DNA of 64,000 nucleotides. Source: Chloroflexota bacterium. GTDB taxonomy: Bacteria; Chloroflexota; UBA5177. Position 1 is the first letter of the stretch, and each line of letters begins with the position of its first letter. The translations under genes were made by a program, and so were the position numbers. Below the pieces are notes generated by a model that was given only the letters and a program-made list of their open reading frames with translations, did no database searches and was not told where the DNA came from. The stretch lies in NCBI GenBank assembly GCA_025449555.1, contig JANWJD010000084.1:712-64711 (forward strand), given 5' to 3'. Below, piece by piece: positions 27,552-37,372 of the stretch.

Positions 27552-27592
27552 AGAACGAGCCTGAGCCCTCCCTGTCTCGGGCTCGTTCTTTA
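27552..27592 (+). terminator. Strong stem-loop with a short U tail between divergent genes
   Basis: AGAACGAGCCTGAG...CTCGGGCTCGTTCT followed by TTAC. Confidence 0.45.
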
Positions 27593-27650
27593 CTTGGTCC
27601 AGCCGTACTGCTATGCTGCTCTTCGTCCCCCTTCCGCAGCACCGTTTCTT

Positions 27651-29798
27651 ATGGCTGCAAAACGTTCTTCATCTCCTCGAACCAAATCGAAGCCTTCGAG
27701 CCGCCAGGCAGGCAGCGGGAAGGCCGAGTATGCGCGCATTCGGCAGGCGGGCTTCTGGCTGTTGCGGCTGGCTCGACCTCGTTCAGGACGAGACCTGCTC
27801 ACGCTTGCACTGGCGTGCCTGGGAGTCGGCACCGGTGCGTCGCTCGGACTTACCTCCGTGCTGCACGGTCAACCGTCCGGACTGGGAACCTGGTGGTCCG
27901 GAGTACTGATTTTCATGGCTTTCGCCTCTCGGTTATCACCGTGGTGGCTGGCCGAGTTGAGCGCTATGACGGTCTCGCGCGCGCGCGGACTTCTCGCCTC
28001 GCTCTTCCTGCTCTACGCGGCACTGTCGATCTCGGCTCATGTCCTGTTGTCGAATCTGGGCCAGGGTGAAGCATATGTGCTGCTCGGCCCCTTTGCGCAA
28101 CCGCCCTGGGCATATGCGGTGCTCGGACTGGTAGTGCTACTGGCAGTCGCGCTGCTGGTCAACTTTCCGCTGGCCCGATGGGCTTCCACCGTCTCAACCT
28201 CAGTCGGAGATGCGGTCGCAAACGTTCGTGATCGCAAAGTCCTGGCGGCCGCCGAAGTAGATGCGCTCCCGGCCTTTCCGCCGGAGGACGATGAAGAACC
28301 TCTGCCCATTTTTGCCCAGCCGGTCGAGCGCAAGGTTCGGAAAGCGACCGACGAAACGCCGGAACCCAGAGACGAATCACGGGAGCCCATGAAGAACGGC
28401 CCGCTCCTGCCACCCATTGACATCTTCATTCCGGCCCCGAAGGGACAGGTCGCTCCATCGGATCTCGAGTACAAGTCTCAGCGCATTCAAGAAACGCTGG
28501 CCAGCTTCAATGTCGGATCTCGAGTCGTCGGCTACCACTCAGGACCCGTCGTCACTCAGTTCGACGTGCAACCCGATCGTGGCGTGAAGGTCAAAAGCAT
28601 TGTGGCGCTCCAGAACGATCTGGCCCTCGCGCTTGCCGCGCCCACGATTCGCATTCAGGCGCCTGTCCCCGGCAAGCCGGTGGTCGGAATCGAGATTCCA
28701 AACACGTCGGCGACCATGGTCACACTGCGTGATCTGCTTGAAAACGAGACATTCCGGTCGATGAAATCGCCCCTCAAAGTGGTCCTGGGAAAGGACGTGA
28801 CCGGAAATCCCGGAATCATCGACCTGGCGAAGATGCCCCACCTGCTGATCGCCGGTGCTACCGGCTCCGGAAAGAGTGTTTGCGTCAACGCCATCATCAG
28901 CTGCTTGCTGTACAACAACACGCCCGAAGATGTTCGGCTCATGATGGTCGATCCGAAGACCGTGGAACTCACCGTCTACAACGGAGTCCCACATTTGTTG
29001 AGTCCGGTGGTAACGCAGATGGATAAAGTCGTCGGCGTTCTGCAATGGGCCCTGCGAGAGATGGAGCGAAGGTACCAACTGTTTGCCTCCACCACCGTCC
29101 GCAATATTTCGCGCTACAACGAAAAGATGGAAGCAAATGGCCTGAAGAAGCTGCCCTACATCGTCTTCATCATCGACGAGCTCGCCGACCTCATGATGGT
29201 GGCGCCGGAAGATGTGGAAGATGCCGTCTGCCGTCTGGCTCAACTGGCGCGTGCTGCCGGCATACACCTGGTCATCGCGACCCAGCGACCTTCGGTAGAC
29301 GTGGTAACCGGCTTGATCAAAGCAAACTTCCCTGCCCGAATTGCCTTCATGATGACCTCACAGGTCGACTCTCGCACGATCCTCGATCGGGCCGGCGCCG
29401 AAAAGCTGTTGGGAAGAGGCGACATGCTGTACATGCCCCCCGACGGGCCGAGCACGGTTCGGCTCCAGGGCGCAAACGTCACCGATCAGGAGCTGGAGCG
29501 CCTCGTGGAATTCTGGCAACGCAGCCCGCTGCACGCAGCCGTCGACCGCATCGCGGCCGAGGACTTTGCGGCCGCGCAGAAGGAGGCAGCCGAAACCAGG
29601 GACGAGTTCTTTGATGAAGCAGCCCGCGTTGTGCGAGAACACCAACATGCGTCGGTGTCTCTCCTTCAGCGGCGTCTCAAGATCGGCTATTCAAGAGCGG
29701 CACGCCTGATGGATCAACTCGAGGCGAATGGAATCGTCGGCGCTGCGGACGGCAGCAAACAACGGCCTGTGATCGCCGAGGACACCTCAGTCGCGTGA
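27651..29798 (+). CDS. ftsK: DNA translocase FtsK/SpoIIIE
   Basis: N-terminal TM helices; GPVVTQF, PHLLIAGATGSGKS, IIDELADLM, ATQRPSVDV, gamma domain SVSLLQRRLKIGYSRAARL. Confidence 0.96.
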   Translation: MAAKRSSSPRTKSKPSSRQAGSGKAEYARIRQAGFWLLRLARPRSGRDLLTLALACLGVGTGASLGLTSVLHGQPSGLGTWWSGVLIFMAFASRLSPWWLAELSAMTVSRARGLLASLFLLYAALSISAHVLLSNLGQGEAYVLLGPFAQPPWAYAVLGLVVLLAVALLVNFPLARWASTVSTSVGDAVANVRDRKVLAAAEVDALPAFPPEDDEEPLPIFAQPVERKVRKATDETPEPRDESREPMKNGPLLPPIDIFIPAPKGQVAPSDLEYKSQRIQETLASFNVGSRVVGYHSGPVVTQFDVQPDRGVKVKSIVALQNDLALALAAPTIRIQAPVPGKPVVGIEIPNTSATMVTLRDLLENETFRSMKSPLKVVLGKDVTGNPGIIDLAKMPHLLIAGATGSGKSVCVNAIISCLLYNNTPEDVRLMMVDPKTVELTVYNGVPHLLSPVVTQMDKVVGVLQWALREMERRYQLFASTTVRNISRYNEKMEANGLKKLPYIVFIIDELADLMMVAPEDVEDAVCRLAQLARAAGIHLVIATQRPSVDVVTGLIKANFPARIAFMMTSQVDSRTILDRAGAEKLLGRGDMLYMPPDGPSTVRLQGANVTDQELERLVEFWQRSPLHAAVDRIAAEDFAAAQKEAAETRDEFFDEAARVVREHQHASVSLLQRRLKIGYSRAARLMDQLEANGIVGAADGSKQRPVIAEDTSVA

Positions 29799-29925
29799 TG
29801 CGCCCGCGCTGGATTCCCTGGTCGAAACGTGCATCGGGGGTAAAATCGGGCGGTAGTGATGCGAACGGGAACAACCTGAGGGCCTTGCTCCCGCCTCCGC
29901 ACCAAATCAAACGTAGGAGACTTGC

Positions 29926-30534
29926 ATGAAACGTTCGCACCAGCCTCCGGGCCAGGTGGAAGTTCAGGTTAAAGGAAGTCACCTTCTCATTACCCAGGCT
30001 CTGAACGATCAGGTCGTTCAAAAGATGGCAAAACTGGACCGCTATTTCGACCGGTTGCAGACCATTGAGGTAGAACTCTGCTGGGAAAAAACCCGAGCCG
30101 CCGATCAACAGAACCGGGTGGAAGCGACTACACATGTGAAGGGGCGCACCCTGCGGGTCGTCGCCTCTCACAGTGATATGTACGCTGCGATCGACGAGGT
30201 AGTCGACAAGCTCCATCGTTCGCTCAACCGACAAAAAGAGCGGACCAAGTCGCACGGAACGAACAAGATCACCGACGTGTTACCGGAGTCGTCAGATCTT
30301 GAGGACGACTCCTTGGAAGGGCTGAGCGACGTCGACTCGGATTCAACTCAGGATGCGATTGTCATCCACGAGCGACTTCAGATCAAGCCACAATTCGAGG
30401 AAGAGGCGATTGCGGAGATGGACGCGTCTGGGTTGACATTTTATGTCTTCATGAACGCGCGCAACGAAAGCGTCAACGTACTCTATCGCCATGGCGATGG
30501 CAGCTACGGAGTCATCGAGCCGCAGGCGGGTTAG
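29926..30534 (+). CDS. hpf: Ribosome hibernation promoting factor (long HPF/RaiA)
   Basis: K..KLDRYF, DMYAAIDEVVDKL; C-terminal EEAI.EM......FYVF.N.....NVLYR..DG.YGVIEP. Confidence 0.92.
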   Translation: MKRSHQPPGQVEVQVKGSHLLITQALNDQVVQKMAKLDRYFDRLQTIEVELCWEKTRAADQQNRVEATTHVKGRTLRVVASHSDMYAAIDEVVDKLHRSLNRQKERTKSHGTNKITDVLPESSDLEDDSLEGLSDVDSDSTQDAIVIHERLQIKPQFEEEAIAEMDASGLTFYVFMNARNESVNVLYRHGDGSYGVIEPQAG

Positions 30535-30692
30535 ACGGCGCCCTCGTCCTCACTGTCGTAGCGACGTTCGTACTCGTCATAGCTGAGGATTACCAGCGGT
30601 TTGTCCTTGTACAGGGCCACTTGAGGAGTGCCGCTGGACGCGGCATGCTCGAGGGCGTCTTTTAACGCGGTCGTGACCTCGATTTTGATCAT
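30531..30692 (-). CDS. Small protein resembling a Phd/YefM antitoxin (53 aa)
   Basis: GAAGGAG RBS; PQVALYKDKPLVILSYDEYER resembles the Phd/YefM core; acidic tail. Confidence 0.55.
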   Translation of the reverse strand: MIKIEVTTALKDALEHAASSGTPQVALYKDKPLVILSYDEYERRYDSEDEGAV

Positions 30693-31011
30693 GTGGTCTC
30701 CTTCGCGGGGCGGAGCCTGACGCGCCGCACCCCCACTGGCCCTTGCGGGTCTATCTTTGACCATTCGTCCATCCATTACCTAGGGATAGCTTCACCGCTG
30801 AAATTATCGGGTGATGCCGATCGTGGTGCGCTTCATTATACGCCCTCCGTAGTGTTCTGTCATGTCTTTTTTTGGCACATATGCGGCCGCATTGTTCATG
30901 TAATTCAAATCAAAAATTCGAGTTGACTGCCTCACATGCACGCTCATCGCCACATCAGATTCTAAGTTTGTGCTTGATATAGTAAGTGGACCGCGCGATG
31001 AGAGGACATGG

Positions 31012-31905
31012 ATGATTGATGCGCTAGGCGCGTTTGGGAGCCAGATCGAAACCGGCGACGTGGTCCTGGTGCTTGCGCTGTTTCTGGTCGGATCGTCCCT
31101 TCTGTCCGTACTGCTGGTCGCAACGAACATCGTCGTGAGGAACGGTCGTATTGACCGATACCGCAGGTTCGCGTGGCAGATGGGTGCCTTGCTCAGCCTG
31201 GAGCAAGCCTACGAATATACCCGGGGTCGAATCAGTCCTAATACTCCCGATATTGCGTTGCTCCACTCGTACCGATTGCTCGATCTCGAATGGAAACACG
31301 GCCTCTTTGTTGAACAGCGGCTCGAACGGTTCTTTCTACAATTTCAACCGCTCATGAACGCCATCGATCTCTTCTACGTGTTGGGCCACATGGTTGGAAC
31401 CATTGGCGTGCTGGTTTGGATCTATACGCGCCGCCGCGAACAGTACGCTTTTGTACGCAATCTCATGATGCTCACCACTGCTATCGCCCTCGTGGCCTTC
31501 TACCTGTATCCCACTGCGCCTCCCAGGATGCTCGGAAATTACGGCTTTGTCGATCCCTTGCAGCTTCATCACCTGGTTGGAGATGGCGGGTCGCAGCCTG
31601 GGTCGTATACGTATAATCCCTATGCCGCTATGCCAAGCCTGCATGTAGCCTATGCAACGATCATGGCATGGGGCCTGGTACTGGCCGAACGTAAAGTGTG
31701 GGTCAGGGCGGCCGCCGTCTTGTATCCGCTGGCTATGGCAGCGACCGTCGTCATTTCCGGAAATCACTGGATTCTCGACGTCGTTGGCGCGGTGTTGACG
31801 GTCGCCGTGGCTGCAGGCGTGCTTTTGAGCGCGTCATGGCTGGGCAGTCGGTTTTCTGCTCGTCGCCATTCCATCGTTTCCGTTCCCGGTGGCCAGTCTC
31901 CATGA
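31012..31905 (+). CDS. PAP2_3 / Aur1-like phosphatase-phosphotransferase membrane protein
   Basis: YPTAPPRM, NPYAAMPSLH, GNHWILDV motifs. Confidence 0.88.
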   Translation: MIDALGAFGSQIETGDVVLVLALFLVGSSLLSVLLVATNIVVRNGRIDRYRRFAWQMGALLSLEQAYEYTRGRISPNTPDIALLHSYRLLDLEWKHGLFVEQRLERFFLQFQPLMNAIDLFYVLGHMVGTIGVLVWIYTRRREQYAFVRNLMMLTTAIALVAFYLYPTAPPRMLGNYGFVDPLQLHHLVGDGGSQPGSYTYNPYAAMPSLHVAYATIMAWGLVLAERKVWVRAAAVLYPLAMAATVVISGNHWILDVVGAVLTVAVAAGVLLSASWLGSRFSARRHSIVSVPGGQSP

Positions 31906-32891
31906 TCACGCAAGCCCTCACGGACGAGGTCGGGCACCTCCAGCTTGCCAACGTCGATGTTACGCTCGTGATTCCTGTGTACGAGGAGGCCGAGAGCATT
32001 GCCGAGCTGTACCGACAGATCGACGCCGCGCTTCAGCCCCTGCGATTGAAGGTCCAGATTATTTTTGTAGATGATGGGAGTCGCGACGGTACGTTAGAGG
32101 CACTTCAGCCGATTTTCGACGCCGACTCCCGGGTTGAAGTGTTGAGTCTTCGACGTAATTTTGGCAAGACCGCCGCCTTGCTCGCCGGCTTTCAGCGCGC
32201 AGTCGGAACGATCGTCGTCACGATGGACGGCGATCTGCAAGACGACCCGAAAGAAATACCGCGATTTTTGGAAGCATTGGCGGATGACAAGGATTTGGTG
32301 TCGGGCTGGAAACGCCAGCGCCGTGATCCGTTTACAAAGACCGCGCCTTCCAGGCTTTTCAATTTCGTTGTACGCCGTGCGACCGGCATACCGCTGCATG
32401 ACTTCAATTGCGGTTTCAAGGCGTATCGGTTGGAAGTTCTCGACGAGCTTAAACTGTACGGTGAGTTGCACCGATTCATTCCCGTGATGGCGTTCTGGAA
32501 AGGGTTCAGGATAGGCGAGCTCGAAGTCGAGCACCATCCGCGCAAGTACGGTCGCTCAAAATTTGGCGCGGGGCGGCTGTTCAAGGGCACGCTCGACTTC
32601 CTCAAAGTCATGTTTCTGACGCGATACTTACAGCGACCTCTCCAGCTCTTCGGAATACTCGGCTTGAGTGTCTGGTTTCTGGGGGCGATTGGATTCCTCT
32701 ACATTCTCGCCCTCAAGGTTGAGGGACAGCACGTCTTCCAGAATCACGGACCCCTGCTCTTTCTATCCGGGATCGCAATCATCAGCGGCATTCAGCTATT
32801 TATGCTGGGACTGGTCGGCGAAATGCTCCGGCATTACGCGTTTCGCCCCACTGAGGAGTACAGCGTCAAGCGTCAGCTCAAACACGAGTGA
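31902..32891 (+). CDS. GT2 polyprenyl-phosphate glycosyltransferase (ArnC/GtrB-like)
   Basis: VIPVYEE, VDDGSRD, RNFGK, MDGDLQDDP, DFNCGFK, two C-terminal TM helices; ATGA overlap with the upstream gene. Confidence 0.92.
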   Translation: MITQALTDEVGHLQLANVDVTLVIPVYEEAESIAELYRQIDAALQPLRLKVQIIFVDDGSRDGTLEALQPIFDADSRVEVLSLRRNFGKTAALLAGFQRAVGTIVVTMDGDLQDDPKEIPRFLEALADDKDLVSGWKRQRRDPFTKTAPSRLFNFVVRRATGIPLHDFNCGFKAYRLEVLDELKLYGELHRFIPVMAFWKGFRIGELEVEHHPRKYGRSKFGAGRLFKGTLDFLKVMFLTRYLQRPLQLFGILGLSVWFLGAIGFLYILALKVEGQHVFQNHGPLLFLSGIAIISGIQLFMLGLVGEMLRHYAFRPTEEYSVKRQLKHE

Positions 32892-32899
32892 CGAACTGG

Positions 32900-33955
32900 C
32901 TACAGCGGCCACATGCGAGGGACAAAGTACTTCTCGAACAGGTCGATCGCGAACGAGTCCGTCATGCCGGCAATGTAATCGGCGACCAGTCGTTCCTTGC
33001 CTTCGCCTCGCACATCGTGCCGAAACTCTTCGGGGAGCTGGTCGGTGTGGGCGCACAAATACTCAAAGAGCGCAGTGACCAGGAGTTGTGCCCGTTCGCC
33101 TTCTGCCGTGACTGCCGGATTGCGGTAGACGTTTAGAAAGAGAAATTCGCGCAGGCGATCGAGTTCCATGAGAGTTTCGGCTGTCATTGCAACGACGGGA
33201 CGGTCAAGGCTCGTGGTTATGATGTCGGTCACTACGGTATTGATTCGTTCGGAGCGACTCGCCCCAAGGCGGGCGATTGCGGCATCCGGCAGGTCAGAAG
33301 TGTCGATCAGTCGGGCTCGAACTGCATCGTCCACATCGTGGTTGATATAGGCAATTGCGTCTGACAGTCGCACCACCTCGGCTTCGAGCGTGGTCGAAGG
33401 CGCCACGACGTAGCCGGCCAGGCTCTCCCGCGGCTTGCGGTGCGTTCGGATCCCGTCAAGGACCTCGACTGTGAGGTTCAGGCCCCGCCCAGACTTCTCT
33501 AGAAATCGAACCACTCGAAGGCTCTGTTCGTCGTGCCTGTAGCCATCGCCAAGTACACCATTGAGTGCTTCCTGACCGGCATGTCCGAAGGGCGCGTGAC
33601 CTAAATCGTGAGCCAATGCAATTGCCTCCGAAAGGTCTTCATTCAGCCGGAGAGCCCGCGCAATGACGCGAGCGACCTGGGAGACTTCGAGCGCATGACT
33701 CAGCCGCGTGGCATAGTGGTCTCCGGTGGGCGCAATGAACACCTGAGTCTTCCCGCGCAATCGACGAAATGCGTTGCAGTGGATGATGCGATCGCGATCC
33801 CGTTCGTAGCGCGTCCGTACTGGCGACTCAGGCTCGTCCTGTTCTCTCCCGGCGGACAATGCGCTGAGACGAGCGTACGGGGCAAGCATTCCGCGTTCGA
33901 TCGACTCCAGACGCAAGCGAACAGCGTCGTCAGCATCCGGCTGAACGAGTGTCAT
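32900..33955 (-). CDS. dgt: Deoxyguanosinetriphosphate triphosphohydrolase (HD family)
   Basis: RDRDRIIH..AFRRL..KTQVF, RLSHALEV, AHDLGHAPFGHAG, DYIAGMTD. Confidence 0.95.
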   Translation of the reverse strand: MTLVQPDADDAVRLRLESIERGMLAPYARLSALSAGREQDEPESPVRTRYERDRDRIIHCNAFRRLRGKTQVFIAPTGDHYATRLSHALEVSQVARVIARALRLNEDLSEAIALAHDLGHAPFGHAGQEALNGVLGDGYRHDEQSLRVVRFLEKSGRGLNLTVEVLDGIRTHRKPRESLAGYVVAPSTTLEAEVVRLSDAIAYINHDVDDAVRARLIDTSDLPDAAIARLGASRSERINTVVTDIITTSLDRPVVAMTAETLMELDRLREFLFLNVYRNPAVTAEGERAQLLVTALFEYLCAHTDQLPEEFRHDVRGEGKERLVADYIAGMTDSFAIDLFEKYFVPRMWPL

Positions 33956-33980
33956 GCATCACACCAGCCGCGGCACTGCC

Positions 33981-35372
33981 TCAAAATTCAACATTTCTCG
34001 GCGTACGCGGAAACGGGATCACGTCTCGAATATTCTGCATACCGGTGATGAACTGAACGACTCGCTCCAGACCGAGTCCGAAGCCGGCGTGCGGGACCGT
34101 ACCGTACCTGCGCAGATCGAGGTACCACCAATATGACTCTGGATCTAGCCCCTGGTTGCCCAGGCGTCTTTCTAGTACGTCGAGTCGTTCCTCGCGCTGG
34201 CTGCCGCCGATAATCTCGCCGATGCGTGGCACCAGCACATCCAGGGCGGCCACAGTCTTGCCGTCGTCGTTGAGTCGCATGTAGAAAGCCTTGATCGACG
34301 CGGGATAGTCCGTGAGAATGACTGGTCGCTTGAAGTGTTCCTCCGTCAGGAAGCGTTCGTGCTCTGCCTGCAAATCTGCGCCCCAGGCGACCGGAAATTC
34401 AAACATCCGGCCCGAGGCCCGTAACAATTCGATTGCTTCCGTATACGAGAGACGCACGAAATCGCTCTCGATGATGTGTTGCAGGGTGCTGAGAACGGTG
34501 CGTTCGATTCGATCGTTGAAGAATTGCATGTCCTCAGGACAATTTCGCAGCACGCTGTCGCAAATGGACTTGAGAAAATCCTCGGCTACATCGGCCAGCA
34601 TGGTGAGGTCGCAAAAGCTGATTTCCGGCTCGACCATCCAGAACTCCGCCAAATGTCGTGCTGTATTCGAATTCTCCGCCCGAAACGTCGGGCCGAAGGT
34701 GTACACCCTGGTGAGTGCCGTCGCCATGATTTCAGCTTCCAATTGCCCGCTGACTGTCAGATGCGTGGCCCGTCCGAACAAATCTTCACTGAAGTCGATA
34801 CGGCCCTCGTGTAGAGGGGGCCGCTCGAGGTCGAGTGACGTCACCTGGAACATCTGGCCCGCCCCCTCCGCATCGCTGCCGGTGATGATGGGAGTTTGCA
34901 CGTATAGATAGCCGTTGTCTTGAAAGTAAGCGTGGATCGCGCGGCTCACTTCGTTTCTCACCCTCGCCATGGCGCCAAACGTGTTTGTGCGCGGACGCAA
35001 GTGAGCGATGGTGCGCAGGTACTCGAACGAATGTCGTTTTTTGGCCAGTGGATAGTCGGGAGCGTCACCTACGACGTCGAGACAGAGCACGCGCAATTCT
35101 GTCACCTGCTCGGTAGCGGGAGAAGCAACCACTTCACCTTCCAGGTTTACACTTGCGCCGGTCGAGGCGCGCAATACGAGGTCCTCGTAATTGGCCAGAG
35201 TTTCGGGCACCACCGCTTGCAAGTTTTGAAGGCTCGAACCATCGTTGACCTCCAGGAACGTTACGCCGGCTTTCGAAGTCCGCTTGGTTCGGACCCATCC
35301 CTGAATTCTGACCGATGTCCCAATCGATTCGGCGCGTAGGGCCTCACCGACCGCCATTAATTCCACACTCAC
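33981..35372 (-). CDS. asnS: Asparagine--tRNA ligase
   Basis: [55 protein letters not shown]. Confidence 0.97.
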   Translation of the reverse strand: MSVELMAVGEALRAESIGTSVRIQGWVRTKRTSKAGVTFLEVNDGSSLQNLQAVVPETLANYEDLVLRASTGASVNLEGEVVASPATEQVTELRVLCLDVVGDAPDYPLAKKRHSFEYLRTIAHLRPRTNTFGAMARVRNEVSRAIHAYFQDNGYLYVQTPIITGSDAEGAGQMFQVTSLDLERPPLHEGRIDFSEDLFGRATHLTVSGQLEAEIMATALTRVYTFGPTFRAENSNTARHLAEFWMVEPEISFCDLTMLADVAEDFLKSICDSVLRNCPEDMQFFNDRIERTVLSTLQHIIESDFVRLSYTEAIELLRASGRMFEFPVAWGADLQAEHERFLTEEHFKRPVILTDYPASIKAFYMRLNDDGKTVAALDVLVPRIGEIIGGSQREERLDVLERRLGNQGLDPESYWWYLDLRRYGTVPHAGFGLGLERVVQFITGMQNIRDVIPFPRTPRNVEF

Positions 35373-35498
35373 TTACCGCCCTCCTTGCCCCGGAGTGGTA
35401 CGCTGCGAGCTCCAGTTCTCCGGTGCACCACTGCATTGTATCGGGGTGTCGCGATCCCCTGAGATTGCTACAATTGTGATAAATCGCGGAGGAGATGC

Positions 35499-35696
35499 AT
35501 GCAGAACAGTGAATCGGTGAGTCCCATGATCGCCCGATGCATTGTGTGTAAAGGCAATATCCACGAGCATGATGAGTACGAAACCTGGGAGGGTGCCTTT
35601 TACTGTCAGCGACACAGCTTGCCTCATCTGCGGGCTCGAGCGCGAGAATATGCTTTGATGCTCCAGGCGGAGGGATCGATCGCAGATCCACGCTAA
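35499..35696 (+). CDS. Small LIM-half-like zinc-finger protein (65 aa)
   Basis: GGAGGAG RBS; CIVC-x18-CQRH with EGAFYC; followed by a terminator. Confidence 0.6.
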   Translation: MQNSESVSPMIARCIVCKGNIHEHDEYETWEGAFYCQRHSLPHLRARAREYALMLQAEGSIADPR

Positions 35697-35705
35697 CCGC
35701 GGCGT

Positions 35706-35741
35706 AAAAACAAAGAGGGCCGGCACTTTGCCGGCCCTCTT
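35706..35741. terminator. Intrinsic terminator between convergent genes
   Basis: 13-bp stem AAGAGGGCCGGCA/TGCCGGCCCTCTT; U-rich tail on the minus strand. Confidence 0.85.
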
Positions 35742-35760
35742 CCTTATTGGGGTCGAATAC

Positions 35761-37029
35761 TTACGATGGTGCGATGAAGTACGTATTGACCACGGAATCG
35801 AGCAGCTTACGTGACATGCGGGGTGGCTCCTCGATGTACTTCGCCAACGACACGAGCTGATCGAGCAGATCCCGGGGGTGAACACCGCGGAATGGTCGGC
35901 CAGTCTTCACGTAGTGCTCCTGCACCAGATAGTCGAATCCCTCGTCGTCGAAAGGCACGTTATATGTTACACACGCGCCCTGGAAGATCTGCCGAAACAT
36001 CTCGCGGCTGGGGTCGCGGGCCTTTACCTTGTATTTGATTCGGCGCAAAAACGCTTCATCCACCAATTGACTTGGGTCCAGGTTCGTGGAAAACACCAGA
36101 AGTTCGTCGAATGGAACTTCCAGTTTGCGCCCCGTCTGCAGTTTCAGGAAATCGACTCGAAGTTCGAGCGGAACAATCCACCGGTTCAACAAGTCCGCGG
36201 TCGACATTTGCTGTCGTCCGAAGTCGTCGATGAGAAACATGCCGGTATTGGCCTTCATCTGGAACGGCGCTTCGTATGTCTTCCGAAGATCACTGTACTG
36301 AAGGTCCAGGCTTTCCAGTTTGAGTTCGCCGCCGGTGACGACGGTTGGCCGCCTAATTCGCACCCACCGCGGATCGAGGGTATCATCCTGGTTCCTGGAT
36401 TGCAGATGACACACGGGATCGTAGAATTCGATGATGCTCCCGTCCACATCGACCGCATACGGAACAAATACCTCGTCCCCCATCGCATTGGTAATGCGGG
36501 TCGCCAGAGCAGTCTTGCCATTGCCGGCAGCCCCATAGAAGAACAGCGATTGGCCGGCGTTCACCGCCGGACCGATTTCGTTGACGATATCGGGATGAAG
36601 TACTAGATCCCGAAACGCGTTTTCGATAGCTGTTTTCGTGATCGGCACGTCCCGCACGCTCTGTGCGACAACTGAGGCGTTGTACGCGGCAAGTGGAACC
36701 GGCGCCGGTCCGTCGTATAGGTTGCGCTCGAAAGCGGTGCGCGCGCGCGATTCACCTTCTTCGGTCAATATGTACATGTAATTCCGCTCGCCGTACCCGT
36801 CCGATCCGAGGATATGGGTGTGGTGCAAGCGACGCAGCTCGTTGAGATTGCCCAGTACTACCAGAAAGGGAAGGGCTAGCCGATCGGCGATTGACCCCGC
36901 AGTCTGGGGACCTCCATTAAACAGACGCTTGAGCAACAAGTCGTCGATCATTGAGGTGGAAATGCCGATTTCTTCGAGGCTGGTCGCGGGCTGAGGCACG
37001 AAGGTTTTCTTTTCGGCTACCAATACCAT
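35761..37029 (-). CDS. Uncharacterised AAA+ ATPase (DDFGRQ family) with N-terminal winged-helix-like region
   Basis: Walker A YGAAGNGKT, APFQMKANTG, Walker B LIDDFGRQ, FSTNLDP, DEAFLRRI. Confidence 0.85.
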   Translation of the reverse strand: MVLVAEKKTFVPQPATSLEEIGISTSMIDDLLLKRLFNGGPQTAGSIADRLALPFLVVLGNLNELRRLHHTHILGSDGYGERNYMYILTEEGESRARTAFERNLYDGPAPVPLAAYNASVVAQSVRDVPITKTAIENAFRDLVLHPDIVNEIGPAVNAGQSLFFYGAAGNGKTALATRITNAMGDEVFVPYAVDVDGSIIEFYDPVCHLQSRNQDDTLDPRWVRIRRPTVVTGGELKLESLDLQYSDLRKTYEAPFQMKANTGMFLIDDFGRQQMSTADLLNRWIVPLELRVDFLKLQTGRKLEVPFDELLVFSTNLDPSQLVDEAFLRRIKYKVKARDPSREMFRQIFQGACVTYNVPFDDEGFDYLVQEHYVKTGRPFRGVHPRDLLDQLVSLAKYIEEPPRMSRKLLDSVVNTYFIAPS

Positions 37030-37183
37030 GAAAGCGTGAACCCTCCCGAGTCGCATGCGTGGCCGGCGATCGCCATTCTCAGGAGCAGCGAGCGCCGGAC
37101 CGATTGCACACACTATACATGCCCGCACAGTGATCCACAAGACGCGAACATCACTTCCCAGACAGGAATTTCGGCCCATAGAA

Positions 37184-37213
37184 ATAGGACGCCACGTGGG
37201 TTGACGTCCCTAT
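37184..37213 (-). terminator. Hairpin downstream of tRNA-Gln
   Basis: Minus strand ATAGGGACGTCA...TGGCGTCCTAT followed by TTC. Confidence 0.55.
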
Positions 37214-37218
37214 GAATC

Positions 37219-37292
37219 TGGCTGCGGGACAGGGATTCGAACCCCAACTTCTTGATCCAGAGTCAAGCGTCCTACCGTTAGACTATCCCGCA
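37219..37292 (-). tRNA. tRNA-Gln(CTG)
   Basis: TGCGGGA acceptor stem, anticodon arm CTTGA-CT-CTG-GA-TCAAG, T-loop GTTCGAATC, encoded CCA; 74 nt. Confidence 0.97.
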
Positions 37293-37372
37293 CCGCAGGC
37301 ACGTATCAGCGTATCGATTCACACATTAGACCTGCAAATGGGTCTACCCTTCTGTCGGTTACGCCGCTCACG

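Noticed and set aside
37219..37292. tRNA-Gln as the integration site of an island
   Set aside because: No integrase nearby and no duplicated tRNA 3' end noticed.
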